From Octopus vulgaris (lineage: Eukaryota): a stretch of 64,000 bases of DNA. Location of the stretch: contig OX597823.1 of the NCBI GenBank assembly GCA_951406725.2, forward strand, positions 14,508,001 to 14,572,000, read 5' to 3'. A program made the translations under genes and the position numbers. Every line of letters begins with the position of its first letter. The first letter of the stretch is position 1. Below the pieces are notes generated by a model. The model ran no database searches. It had not been told where the DNA came from and saw nothing but the letters and a program-made list of their open reading frames with translations. Positions 45,866-58,308 of this stretch are shown here, piece by piece.

Positions 45866-45868
<3 letters not shown>
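44757..45868. mobile_element. Cluster of SINE type A (44757-44917 +, 45049-45403 +, 45430-45868 -)
   Basis: Consensus matches. Confidence 0.85.
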
Positions 45869-45925
<57 letters not shown>

Positions 45926-46143
45926 ATACTCAGAGTTACTCGTTTCCGATGATTTTCAGTTGGTAAGCCGATAAACGAAGTACTAGAAATTGGACCGTTT
46001 CGGTTCTAATGTTTTAAAGATTACTCTTCACCATTCGAATTGAATCCTGTGATTTGTCACTTCTGCTAAATCAATAAAGATTTTCATGTATCTTCCACTT
46101 TACACACAGACACACACATACACACGCACACACACACACGCAC

Positions 46144-46221
<78 letters not shown>

Positions 46222-46360
46222 ACATACACACACTCAGATGCACACATACAAACACACACACTCACACGCGTAGATATATATACATACATACATGCATACA
46301 TACATACATACATACGTACGTACGTACATACATACATACATACATACATACATACATACA

Positions 46361-46392
<32 letters not shown>

Positions 46393-46777
46393 CGTGTGTG
46401 TATGTGTGTGTGTGTGTGTGTGTAAGGATCAAATTAGGAACGCTAGAAAAGGTAGAAAGAGAGTAAGGAAAGAATTATATATTTCTGAGACAGATGTTGA
46501 AGTGAGAAGCTACGTCATATATAAGAATCAGCCAATTGGCCATTTTAAGATGTAGTTTAAAATGTATGGCTGTAACACGACCATGAGTAGCACTGTCTCA
46601 TATATATGAGCTCAACACGTCAATGTGGATCTCAGTCGATCCCCTGGGATCAGGTTTCAACTATGCTCTTGGTTAGTATTTGCGATATAGTATTCTAAAC
46701 GTAGTGTACGTGGAACCGCAGTAAAAAAATATCAGCGAGGGGTGCGATTTTTAATTTACATTTATTTCTTCAAGGTA

Positions 46778-47368
46778 GGCGGATGAGTGGCTGTGTGGTA
46801 AGTAGCTTGCTTACGAACCACATAGTTCCGGTGGCACGTTAAAAACACCATCCGATCGTGGCCGCTGCCAGACTCCCCTCGCACCTGTGCCGGTGGCATG
46901 TAAAAAGCACCCACTACACTCGCGGAGTGGTTGGCGTTAGGAAGGGCATCCAGCTGTAGAAACACTGCCAGATCAGACTGGAGTCTGGTGCAGCCTCCTA
47001 GCTTCCCAGACCCCGGTCGAACCGTCCAACCCGTGCTAGCGCGGAAAACGGACGTTAAACGATGATGATGATGATGATGATGATGTATGTATGTATGTAT
47101 GTATGTATGTATGTATGTATGTATGTATGTATGTATGTATGTATGTGTGTGTATATGTTTGTGTGTCTGTGTATGTCCCCCCAACATCACTTGACAACCG
47201 ATGCTGGTGTGTTTATGTTCCCGTAACTTAGCGGTTCGGCATAAGCGACCGATAGAATAAGTACTAGGCTTACAAAGAATAAGTCCTGGTGTCGACTTGT
47301 TCAGCTAAAGGCGGTGCTCCAGCATGGCCACAGTCAAATGACTGAAACAATTAAACGAGTAAAGAGTG
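46778..47368 (+). mobile_element. Chimeric SINE: type A head, (GAT)n-tailed SINE body (46828-47085), type A 3' half
   Basis: Junction at CCGG; body matches 50660-50921. Confidence 0.75.
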
Positions 47369-48069
47369 AAGAGTATTAATATCTTTTATTTCCCTCTGCA
47401 AGGTCTCTCCTTCATTGTTGTTATTCAGGGTCACCTTGTGTAAAACGATCATGCGTAATGTATGGGGAGGTCGTATTTAACAGCTATTTCTAACGGATTC
47501 TAGTAAAGTCAATAGATAGCAATAAGAGAGAGAGAGGGTGGAAGAGAGAAAGAGAGACAGACAGACAGAGAAAGTGAGAACGTATGACAGAAAATTCTAA
47601 GAACTGAAAGCCTGAGTAAGAGGTGAGAGGTTAAAGTAACATACAAGAGAAAGCGGATGATAGTGAAATGAAGATTTAAAGAAGAAGAGAGAAGGAAGAA
47701 GAAAGAATGTACAGACTTATGTGATATCGATGCGTCTTTATCTTTATGTACAAGCCTTCATCTTTGTCTTGCTTTGTAGTAAAGTTGGCTCAAAATTCAT
47801 ATTCTCGTACGATTTTATAGTGTCATTATGTTATCAATCTTTTGCACTCGTTTTTCATGTAGGATATTTAACGACGTTGCAGTGAGGGGTGTCGAGAATT
47901 TCAAACAACTATTGTGAACCAGCGAGAGAGAGCTAACTTCAATATGGTTGCAAATATCAATCTGAGATATCGAATAGCCTAATAGACTGAGCTATGAAAA
48001 ATTTCAGGCATAGATGCAATATAATGAATACATCAGACAGTGTACCCAATAAACATACATAAATTTCAC

Positions 48070-48515
48070 ATAAAATTTATATGAATTAAATGCAAAACAA
48101 CCATCGAACAGATGGATACATAATCAAAACAGTTACCAAATGGAACTCAAAAATGCATCAGACCTGCCCATAACCAAACACTAATGATATACTACAAAAT
48201 CACCGAAACTAAAAGCCTCCTTATCAATGACACACTGCAAGCATATACACCCCAGAACAAAATACCAGTGGCCAAACATAACCTATAAATTCGACTGTAC
48301 ATCTGAAAGTTGTAAACTTCACGACTCCAGTTTATTACATTGGACATACACGTATAAAACTCTCTTTGAGACGCACAATGCCTTTACAAGAAGGAGCAAT
48401 CCACTATGTAAAATACCAAGCACCACAAAACAACGCTTCATGTAAAACTACTAGAGAATAATACTTGGATACTTTACAAAATTCTCCTCAAAATATGGAA
48501 CCATCGAAGGCATAT
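48070..48515 (+). mobile_element. Decayed Penelope-like element, linker and GIY-YIG endonuclease
   Basis: IKFYMN*MQNNHRTD, LMIYYKITETKSLLIND, NITYKFDC..C then (frameshift) YYIGHTRIKLSLRRTMPLQEGAIH. Confidence 0.7.
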
Positions 48516-48524
48516 TCATATTAC

Positions 48525-48900
48525 ACTTCTATATTTAAGAGATGAGGAATTATGTGCATTATTTACATTATTTACATTTGATGGATATTTGTTCACATCT
48601 TGTTTGTTGTTAACACAACGTTTCGGCTGACATATCCTCTGGCTTTCATCGGGTAATTTGGGGAAATTTCGAACCTGGGTTCTCATTCCTAAGGTATTTT
48701 TCGATGTTATTATTATTATTATTATTATCATTATCATCATTATTATTATTATTATCCAGGTCACTGCTTGGAATCGAACTCGGAATCTTGGGGTTAGTAG
48801 CCCGCGCTCTAAATCCACTACGCCATTTGCCCGTGGGCATATGGCGTAACAACAAGCAAGATGTGGACAAATATCCGTCAAATGTAAATAATGTGCATAT
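48525..48900 (-). mobile_element. tRNA-headed, hammerhead-containing element with inverted tail
   Basis: A box 48825-48815, B box 48781-48770, (AAT)n, HHR-like 48655-48614, tail; inverted tail copy at 48847-48900. Confidence 0.7.
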
Positions 48901-49390
48901 TCATATTGCAACGCAAGGCCGAAAGAAACACGCAACAAATACACACATAAAAAATAATAATAACATATAATTACGAACATGAAATCTTAATGATAAAAAA
49001 AAACTTGACTGCAATAAAACAAATTATCTCTTGACTGCTGATATGGAAGCCTAAGGGTCAAAAATCTGTGACGGGAAAATCTAGAAAATTCGAGCAGCAT
49101 AAATAGCGCTGAGCGGACGCCATGTCTGTTTTAATACTTGAAGGTGAGACTGTGGAAGTTTAGAAACGACGAATTTTGATTAAAGAAATTTTATGGTTCC
49201 AAACTGACTGCCAGAAACTCATACGGGAATATGAAAGAATTTATCACAAAGACACGACTGTGCGACAGTCGTGTCTTTAATGAAATGTGTATAATAGAAA
49301 AGCTATTTCTTTAAGTATACAAGTGTGTGTGTGTGTGTGTGTGCACCAACGGAGGGTGTAAGCACTAACAAAAATAAATAAGTAAACCAA

Positions 49391-49561
49391 GGCGCAGGAA
49401 TGGCTGTGTGGTAAGTAGCTTGTCTACCAGCCACATGGTTCCGGGTTCATTTCCACTGCGTGGCACCTTGGGCAAGTGTCTTCTACTATAGCCTCGGGCC
49501 GACCAAAGCCTTGTGAGTGGATTTGGTAGACGGAAACTGAAAGAAGCCCGTCATATATATG

Positions 49562-49614
<53 letters not shown>

Positions 49615-49833
49615 GTGTGTGTGTGTGTTTGTGTGTCTGTGTTTGTCCCTCTAGCATTGCTTGACAACCGATGCTGGTGTGTTTATGTCCCCGTTACTTA
49701 GCGATTCGGCAAAAGAGACCGATGGAATAAGTACTGGGCTTACAAAAGAATAAGTCCCGGGGTCGAGTTGCTCGATTAAAGGCGGTGCTGCAGCATGGCC
49801 GCAGTCAAATGACTGAAACAAGTAAAAGAGTAA
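49391..49833 (+). mobile_element. SINE type A, full length
   Basis: Consensus match. Confidence 0.9.
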
Positions 49834-50039
49834 ACAGTTCTTTCAAACTAAATAAGAACAAAACCTTGTGTGGTATTGTTCTCAGTCCGAGTTGTACAGA
49901 CAAATTCATTGCCACTCTCACCATCAGAAAGTCAATGAAGCAGTAACAGAATGACTTGCTCCTTGGCAACCTATAACCAAGGACGCAGTTATTCTCCAAA
50001 TGCAATATAAATCCAAACTCAAGTGTATAAATAAATAAA

Positions 50040-50435
50040 TCTTTATATATAAAAGTGAGGTTGTGTGCTGTCTGTCTCCTACGATTTAGATTCCTAACTA
50101 CTCCCACATTTTGCGGTGCAGTTTAACCAAAACCGGGTATCTTATAGTCGTGATTCATATCGAGCCATTCTGGGTATTAGCGCGCGTCTACGATGAGTCT
50201 ACGATTAAAAAAAAATTAGCATCAATTTTTCCCATTTTTAATGCATTTTTGGCATATATAAGGGAAGTAACTCTCTAAAAATTTATCATTAAATCTCAGA
50301 ACGTAAAAAGCTACAGTAACCCCCCCCCCCTTTATGGTTAGCCATATTGAGATGGCTATTATACTTTACATCTCTAAAAATGCTTATATAGTTATTTTCC
50401 TTACAAACCCGAGCAACGCCGGGCGATACTGCAAG
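50040..50435 (+). mobile_element. Non-autonomous Helitron
   Basis: TC start, hairpin, CAAG (CTAG variant) end; homologous to 20088-20484. Confidence 0.85.
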
Positions 50436-50497
50436 TGCAATATAAATCCAAACTCAAGTGTATAAATAAATAAATTAATAAATAAATAAATATGGAT

Positions 50498-50885
50498 AGC
50501 GCCGCCTCGACTGGCTTCTGTGCCGGTGGCACATAAAAAGCACCATCCGAACGTGGACGATGCCAGCGCCGCCTTGACTGGCTTCCGTGCCGGTGGCACG
50601 TAAAAAGCACCAACCGATCGTGGCCGATGCCAGACTCCCTTGGCACCTGTGCCGATGGCACGTAAAAAGCACCAACCGATCGTGGCCGATGCCAGACTCC
50701 CCTGGCACCTGTGCCGGTGGCACGTAAAAAGCACCCACTACACTCGCGGAGTGGTTGGCGTTAGGAAGGGCATCCAGCTGTAGAAACACTGCCAGATCAG
50801 ACTGGAGCCTGGTGCAGCCTCCTGGCTTCCCAGATCCCCGGTCGAACCGTCCAACCCGTACTAGCGCGGAAAACGGACGTTAAAC

Positions 50886-50921
<36 letters not shown>
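50498..50921 (+). mobile_element. (GAT)n-tailed SINE with ~60-bp 5' subrepeats
   Basis: GTGCCGGTGGCACGTAAAAAGCACC about 4 times; GGCGTTAGGAAGGGCATCCAGC; GGACGTTAAAC(GAT)n. Confidence 0.75.
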
Positions 50922-50922
<1 letters not shown>

Positions 50923-51180
50923 GTACCATGACGGCAGGAAAAGTAAATGTTATATGTCCATATATGTTATGACGTCAATAGAAATAACTGTGTAGGCTGA
51001 AGGAATCCCTCACACAACCTGAATGTCCAACAAAACTTTCTCACGTCTTTCCCTTGTTTGCTTTTCTCTAACCCATTTTAACAGCCAATCAGTGTGTGTA
51101 CATAACCAGACACGGTGATATACATCCAAAGATTCAGCAGCCTCAGACATGTTACGATTTACCCAGATTGATTATATATA

Positions 51181-51226
<46 letters not shown>

Positions 51227-51392
51227 TGTGTGTATTCGTATGTATGCATATATGTATCACTTTTGTATATGTAATATTTATATGGGTATATGTGTGCAGG
51301 TCTATATGTATAGAACTGTACACAGGACGAAGAAAAGAGAAGAAAGGAACATATCGATTCCCAACAGATTATATGCGCATATGTGTAAACAT

Positions 51393-51535
51393 ATGGCTGT
51401 GTGGTAAGAAGCTTGCTTCCCAACCACAGGGTTCCGGGTTGTATGGCACCTAGGGCAAGTGTCTTCTACTATACTCCCAGGCCGACTAAAATCTTTTGAG
51501 TGGATCTGGTAAAAGGAAACTGAAAAAAGCCCGTC

Positions 51536-51540
<5 letters not shown>
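51393..51540 (+). mobile_element. SINE type A 5' half
   Basis: Consensus match. Confidence 0.75.
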
Positions 51541-51574
<34 letters not shown>

Positions 51575-52409
51575 CCGTTGTCTCTCTGTTCCCAGTGCAC
51601 TCTCAAATGGCTCAACCAAATCAAATCAAATTTTAAATAGTAATACTATCAGACCCCGTGAGTGTCAACAGATAATTTTTTTTGTCATTTGGATTAAAAC
51701 AATGCAACATTGACATTGGTTCTGTATGAAATAAAAGTGAAAAAATAACATCTATATTGTAATGTGATATACTGTTTCACTTTATGCTTTTCCTTTTAAT
51801 TCTAACCACGACATCGACGACGTCATATTTTGTATATGACTGTGGACTGTGTATCTGTCTGTGAATGTATGTGTGGGATTGCATGATTGTACATATGTCT
51901 CACAGTGCGTTTGTGTGTCTTTCTGCGTTAGGTATGTATACGAAATTTTATTTTCATTTCGATTATTTTCATTTCGTTTAAAACAATATAACATTTCATA
52001 GAGATAATATTTCTATCATCGACAGGACATTTTATACCACAACGACACCGACATCACATTTTGTATATGACTGTGTATCTGTCTGTGAGTGTATGGGAGT
52101 AAATGTAGGAGTGTGTATATGTCTCATAGTGTGTGTGCCTTACCGCGTTTGGTACGTTATTAAACATACGCACTTCTACACATACATATACACGTGTAAC
52201 TGTACGTTATTAAACACACACAGACACGCACATCTATAAATGTTTATACATATGTGACGACAGACATGCGTGAATGTTTGTATGTGTGTGTCCATCTTAC
52301 TATATATATGAGGTCTAGCTCATGTATGAGTGTGTATATGTCTCATACGGTGTGTGTCTTTCCGCCTTAGGTACCTTATTAAGCACACACACATTTAGAC
52401 GTACATACA

Positions 52410-52468
<59 letters not shown>

Positions 52469-52471
<3 letters not shown>

Positions 52472-53066
52472 GAGGGGAAACGCTAACGGCGTAAACCTGA
52501 AAAAAAGGTTTAAGGATAGCATAAGGACTACTATAAAGTCACTTGGAATGGATCCAGAAGACATGGAAACCCTTGCTTCGGATCGAGTTGGATGGCGAAA
52601 AAAAAGTGTGGAGTGGAGTGAAAGCATTTGAAGAGGCGAAGATAACGCATGTAAGGCTTACAAAAGATCTAAGGAAGATTGTAACGATCGAGAAGGTGAA
52701 TAGCAATGACCTTTTTGTGTGCACAGTCTGTGACAGACCATGCTTGTCTTTGGCTGGGCTCAAATCTCATCTGCGAGCCCATGGAAAACGAACCTCCACC
52801 AACTATTCTGCCTATATGTCTGTGCACACCTTTGAATGCCGTGTATCCCAGAAGGTTTGCAAATCCAACGGAGGCCTCAAAAGACATTTTAAGATCCACA
52901 AAGAACAGAACTTATTTGCTCTTGGTGGTCCAAATCGGATGTGCAATCTGTGTGGATGTCTTTTCAGAACATTGTCTCGTTTAAAAAGCCACATAAGATA
53001 CCATGATGGTGTTAAGGTGTAGGTACAGGAGGTGGTCAAACTCTGCCTAAGGACTGGACAACCACC
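52469..53066 (+). mobile_element. RTE/BovB-like LINE 3' end encoding three C2H2 fingers
   Basis: RGKR*RRKPEKRFKDSI..LASDRVGWR (frameshift) VWSGVKAFEE, then CTVC..HLRAH, CRVS..HFKIH, CNLC..HIRYH; (TA)n flanks. Confidence 0.8.
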
Positions 53067-53639
53067 ATATATATATATGTACAAATAATCTCGAAGACTG
53101 CACCAACAAAGCAGTTTCCCTCATGGATTTCAGTATCAAAGCATATTCTTCAATTACTCCCACCAACCATCTGGTAAGCTATTACACCTTATTTTTTTCA
53201 AGTAATTCTTTACTACATATTCTCATGTGACTGCATAGACTCAGTTTATGTTTCTTATTCTACAGCCACACCAGCAATCCAATGTCAACCCGCCGCCTTC
53301 TGCAACAGTTCACTTCCCCGTTGTCGTCTCTCATTGCAGCCCATTTCCTGAATGTAGACATTTAAGTAACAATATCTCCATTACACCTCCATTCATTTGA
53401 CTGATAGGTCGTGTTAGACGCAGCGATGACCGCCTCAAAAGCGAGTACATCCACTGACAGCCTTTCGGTGGGTTCAAAATTTGCATACCGCCCCCCACTC
53501 CCAATTTTCCGTGACAGGTTAGGGCCTGGAATCCTCCAAACAGACGTCTTACATGTCTCTTAGTCGAATTAGACCATCATTTACTCCACAAATGTTCTGT
53601 CGCCAATGCTGTACTTTCCCGTATCACCTGTTTCAGCAT

Positions 53640-53956
53640 AACTGTAATTAGCTTGCTTACCAACTACATGGATCCGGGTTCAGTACCACTACGTGGTAAC
53701 TTGGGCAAGTGTCTTTTGCTATAGCCTCAGGCCGACTAAAGCCTTGTGTGTGGATCTGGTAGAGGAAGACTGAAAGAAACCTGTCGTATATATAGACCGA
53801 TAGAATAAGTACTAAGCTCACAAAGAATAGGTCCCGAGGTCGATTTCCTCGACTAACGGCGGCGCTCCAGCATGGCCGCAGTCAAATGACTGGAACAAGT
53901 AAAACAATAAAGGACCAAACTAATACATTTTAATCCCGAGCAACGCCGGGTATCTC

Positions 53957-54013
<57 letters not shown>

Positions 54014-54937
54014 CTGTTCTTTCTAACATGTTGAATCCCACGAGTGGATACCTCATGTGTTACACTGTATTTTATGACTAATACATAGTCTTTGGACTAA
54101 ATTTTTACACGTTAGACCACTGGAAATGTAAATTTTAAATAATTTCCATTCCCCTTTGATATGATTAAGTATTGTAAGTTTTTGGATAATTTTCGGTTTT
54201 TAAAAGTTGGCATTTTTTTTATTGCTGGCGAAAGGCTGCGGCTGCGCAGTAGATTTTGAAAAAATTAGGATGTATAAACAAGAGACACATAATTTGATCG
54301 CCTCGTGTTTATACGTTTAACCCTATGTGTTCCTGCTGAAGACGATTTCACCTAGCGAGTATATGTTATTCATTTACTTTGCTAAACTAAAATCAGAAAC
54401 TAGATGGTAAAATGTTTTTATTTTTTCATTTCGCTCCTGTCGAATTTTATTCCTAATTTTGTGGTTATAGAACCTAGCTGTTCTTTCTAGCGTGTTGAAT
54501 CCCACGAGTGGATTCGTCATGTGTTTAAATGTACACTGTATTTTATGACTAATACATAGTCTTTGGACTAAATTTTTACACGCTAGACCACTGGAAATGA
54601 AAATTTCAATTAATTTCCATTTCCCTTTGATATGATTAAATATATCAATATATGCATGTATATATCTATGTGTGTGTGTGTCTTTGTGTGAGTGCTTGTC
54701 TTCTACTACTGCTCTAAACCGGCGTTGGTGTGTTTCCTTCCACGTAACATGGAGGTTCGGCAAAAGTTACCGATAGATTAAATATTTGTTTTTACAAAAA
54801 GGTGATGGAGTCGATTTATTCGACTAAAACCCTTCAAGGTCGTGACCTAGCATGGTCGCAGTCAAACGACTGAAACATGATAAAAGATAGGCGGTGCCCC
54901 AGCATGGCGGCACTCAACTGACTGAAACAAGAAAAAG
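53640..54937 (+). mobile_element. Two decayed SINE type A copies (53640-53905, 54670-54937), Helitron 3' hairpin remnant (~53935) and a ~160-bp direct repeat
   Basis: Consensus matches; CCCGAGCAACGCCGGG; duplicated tail at 54890. Confidence 0.7.
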
Positions 54938-55799
54938 ATGCATGTATATATTAATATAAACAAACTAATATTTGTTTTGGTTTTATTTTGTTATAATTGT
55001 CAAAAATATGTATTACGATAATCTTTTTCCTTTTTTTTTTTGAATGCAGAAACGCCGTTAGAGCAGTAGAAATATTGGGTAAATTACCCTCACAAGGCGG
55101 AAAAATTTGTCAGCAACCAGCCATGGGCCTAGAACCCACATATACTGCAAAGTATTGTGTCCGCTACTCTAAGATTTCTGGTATCCCATTGTTTCTAACA
55201 CAGACACTGAGTTGAAATTTGATGGAAGGAGATTAATCGATAAAATCGAACCAGTACTTTGCAGCTACTTTGGTTTATTTACACGGGAGGTATAAAAAAG
55301 AAAAAAGGGTAAGGTCAGCCTCGACGTGATTTGAACTCAGAACATTAAGATCAGTAACTAAATATCACCCGGAAATTTTTCCGATGCTCAAATGATTCTA
55401 CGAATTCATTCTCAACAATAGCCTTAAGGTTGCTACTGAATCTGTTAATATTCTTCCTCCACTTTTGAAATGTCGGTTTTAGTAAACCTTTACCTCTCTC
55501 TTCCGGTTTGCTTTCAGCTGCTTCACATATTTTAGCAGAGAAATCGATTAAAACTCTTTGTTTATACTTTTTATTGTATTTTTACCTTTGTTTTTCTTTG
55601 TTACGTCATCAAAAAACTCGTGCAAATAGTTGTCAATGTTTCTTTTTCTTTTCAATTTCGTCTCCTTTCACTTTTCTCTTTCAGTCTCAGTAAAGCATTT
55701 TTAATGGTTTATTTCGTTTAGGTGATAGAAGGACGGGTAGTTGCTTCGACATTAATTTTTAAGGTTAAGGACAATAGAGTATCTTACGATAATAATATC

Positions 55800-56286
55800 G
55801 GATCTTTTCGGTTTGAACGGCAGTTTTTAACATAATTTCTAGGTAATCAAAAAAATTTTAAACTTCGTATACTGGTAGAATGTGTTTATAAAACATTCTT
55901 TTTCTCTTGACTTTATTGAGAAAATTCTATTATTTGTAAGATATTTGTTGTTTTTTCCTTCAATTTCTGCAATTTCAACCAACCGGCTTAAAAGGTTTTT
56001 TTTTTTCGTAGAAAAATCGCCCCCAAGACTTATTCTTTGTAAGCCTAGTACTTATTCCATCGGTCTTTTTGCCGAACCGCAAAGTTACAGGGACGTAAAC
56101 ACACCAGCATCGGTTGTCAGGCGATGTTAGGGGGACAAACACAGACACATAAACATATACACATATATATACATATACACGACGGGCTTCTTCCAGTTTC
56201 CGTCTACTAATCCACTCACAAGGCTTTGGTTGGCCCGAAGCTATAGTAGAAGACACTTGCCCAAGGTACCACGCAGTGGGACTGGA
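55800..56286 (-). mobile_element. Half Merlin-like MITE (55800-55983) and SINE type A fragment (56020-56286)
   Basis: GGATCTTTTCGGTTTGAACGG TIR; SINE consensus. Confidence 0.8.
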
Positions 56287-56309
56287 CCATATATATATAT
56301 ATTGAAAGT

Positions 56310-56662
56310 TATACAAATGCACAGTTCCAAAGATACCAGCCAAGCCGTCGCTCTTCAGGACCAGTTACAGCAATAGCCTGCGTGTCAGTGGACCTCAGCT
56401 TTAAATATTCTTTCAAAGGGCCTGGGAGATCTACTGAAAGTGGATGTAGGTGTCTTCAATTCAAAACTGGATCTCTTCCTATCGCGAGTCCTAGACGAAC
56501 CTAGCTCGCTGCAGGATGCGCAATTGAGGGCAGCGATATCAAACTCCCTTATTCACCAAATGCCACATATCAAAGCAGGCTCTCAATAATAACAGTGTAG
56601 CAAAGCGGTGGTGCCCCAGCATCGCCACAGATTTGAGCTGAAACTGATACAATAAAAAAAAA
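56310..56662 (+). mobile_element. CR1-like LINE 3' end
   Basis: CTVPKIP..RTSYSNSLRVSGPQL, VFNSKLDLFLSRVLDEP..RAAISNSLIHQ; tail GGTGGTGCCCCAGCATCGCC..GCTGAAAC. Confidence 0.75.
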
Positions 56663-56679
56663 TTATATATATATATTCG

Positions 56680-56955
56680 TGGCGGTCCGTCGGTTGCGAC
56701 GACGCGGGATCCAGTTGATCTGATCAACGGAACTACCTGCTCGCGAAATTAACGTGCAAGTAGCTGAGCACTCTACAGACACGTGTACTCTTAGCGTAGT
56801 TCTCGGGGATATTCAGCGTGACACAGAGTGTGACAAGGCTGGCCCTTTGAAGTACAGGTACAACAAAAACAGAAAGAAAGAGTGAGAGAAAGTTGTGGTG
56901 AAAGGGTACAACAGGATTCGCCACCACCCCACTGCCGGTGCCTCGTGGAACTTCA
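56680..56955 (-). mobile_element. SINE type C 3' part
   Basis: Reverse complement of 33510-33669. Confidence 0.75.
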
Positions 56956-57679
56956 GTTGTTACACGAATAAAAATTTTGTTCATCTTGGAAAATATACAT
57001 ACAAATTATTCAGAATTTACAATTGATGTTAATGCTGAAAACTCTAAAAGTTTCTACAGAGTCTGCAATTGCTATTTTTTTGAAACGTGTGTAACTCTCT
57101 CCACATTGTTAGCATGTCAATACCTTGTTATAAGTAGTTGTCTGAAACATTCAAATTATCTTAATTACATATGCTATAATGAATACATTCATTAACTACA
57201 ATATTAGGTATAATATTCAACAATTAAATCAGCGTAAATTCATTCTATACAGCATAATAGTTTTGCTAAGATGATAATTATTAACTCACTATTGTGTCTT
57301 GGAAAATAATTACTGGTGTATTATAATCTGTGATGTCTGCTGGTCTGACGGAATACCAAAGCTTCCAAAGTAGGAAATGGTTTCAGGACATGATCATTTA
57401 ACAAATTTGACAATATTCATACATGGTGTCTTCATATTTCGACTTTTAAAAATTAAAATAAAAAAATTACAAAGGAATCTTACAAAAAAAAAATTCAACG
57501 AATTCAGTGGAAGATCTATGGAGGCCGATTGGCAGTAATGAAATGGCAACAAAGACGATGCACACCTGCTGCTGCTTCGGCTGCTACTACTTCGGCTGCT
57601 GCTGATACTACAGCTACTACTATCACAACCCACCACCACCACCACCACCATCACCACCTCCAGGGATAATCCGTTCTAC

Positions 57680-57889
57680 CATAGGTACCAGATCTGAAAT
57701 TTTGCGAGAGGGGGGCGGCTAGTCGATTACATCGAGCCCAATGCACAACTGGTACTTATTTCATCGACCCTCGAAAGGATGAGGAACAGATTCGGCACCG
57801 GCGGAATTTGAACTCAAAACGCAAAGACGGACGAAATGCCGCTGAGCATTTTCCCCAGGCGTGCTAAAGATTCTGCTAGCTCTCCGCCA
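57680..57889 (-). mobile_element. Diverged Meta-like SINE
   Basis: Consensus match. Confidence 0.7.
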
Positions 57890-57907
57890 TATTAATAATA
57901 GTAGTAG

Positions 57908-57969
<62 letters not shown>

Positions 57970-58308
57970 ATGATGATGGTGGTGGTGATGATGATGATGA
58001 CAGAGTCTCCCGTCGAAGACGACATATGAGTGTTCAGCGTTTTGCCGAACGACCTGCACAAATAATTTGGTTATAGTGATCAAATGTTCGTGCCGCTCAT
58101 TAGCTCACCACCTCCCTCCATCAAATCGAAGTTGTCTGAACAGGTGCGCAGTGGACCACCTGTCAGGCGTCAAAGTGATCACAGAGCAACGTGAGAAAAA
58201 GTGTTTTACTCAAGAACACAATGCACTGCCCAGTCTGGGGATTGAAACCACAATCGCTAGAGCAAAGCCCTAACCACTAAGCCAATTTCAGGTCTTATGC
58301 TTATAGTA

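Noticed and set aside
48756-48832. Functional tRNA gene (also the heads of SINE types C, D and E)
   Set aside because: A and B boxes are present but the cloverleaf stems are poorly paired and the heads are embedded in repeats.
52543-53022. Host C2H2 transcription-factor gene
   Set aside because: It is continuous with frameshifted RTE RT sequence, has no TGEKP linkers and is flanked by (TA)n; called as a LINE instead.
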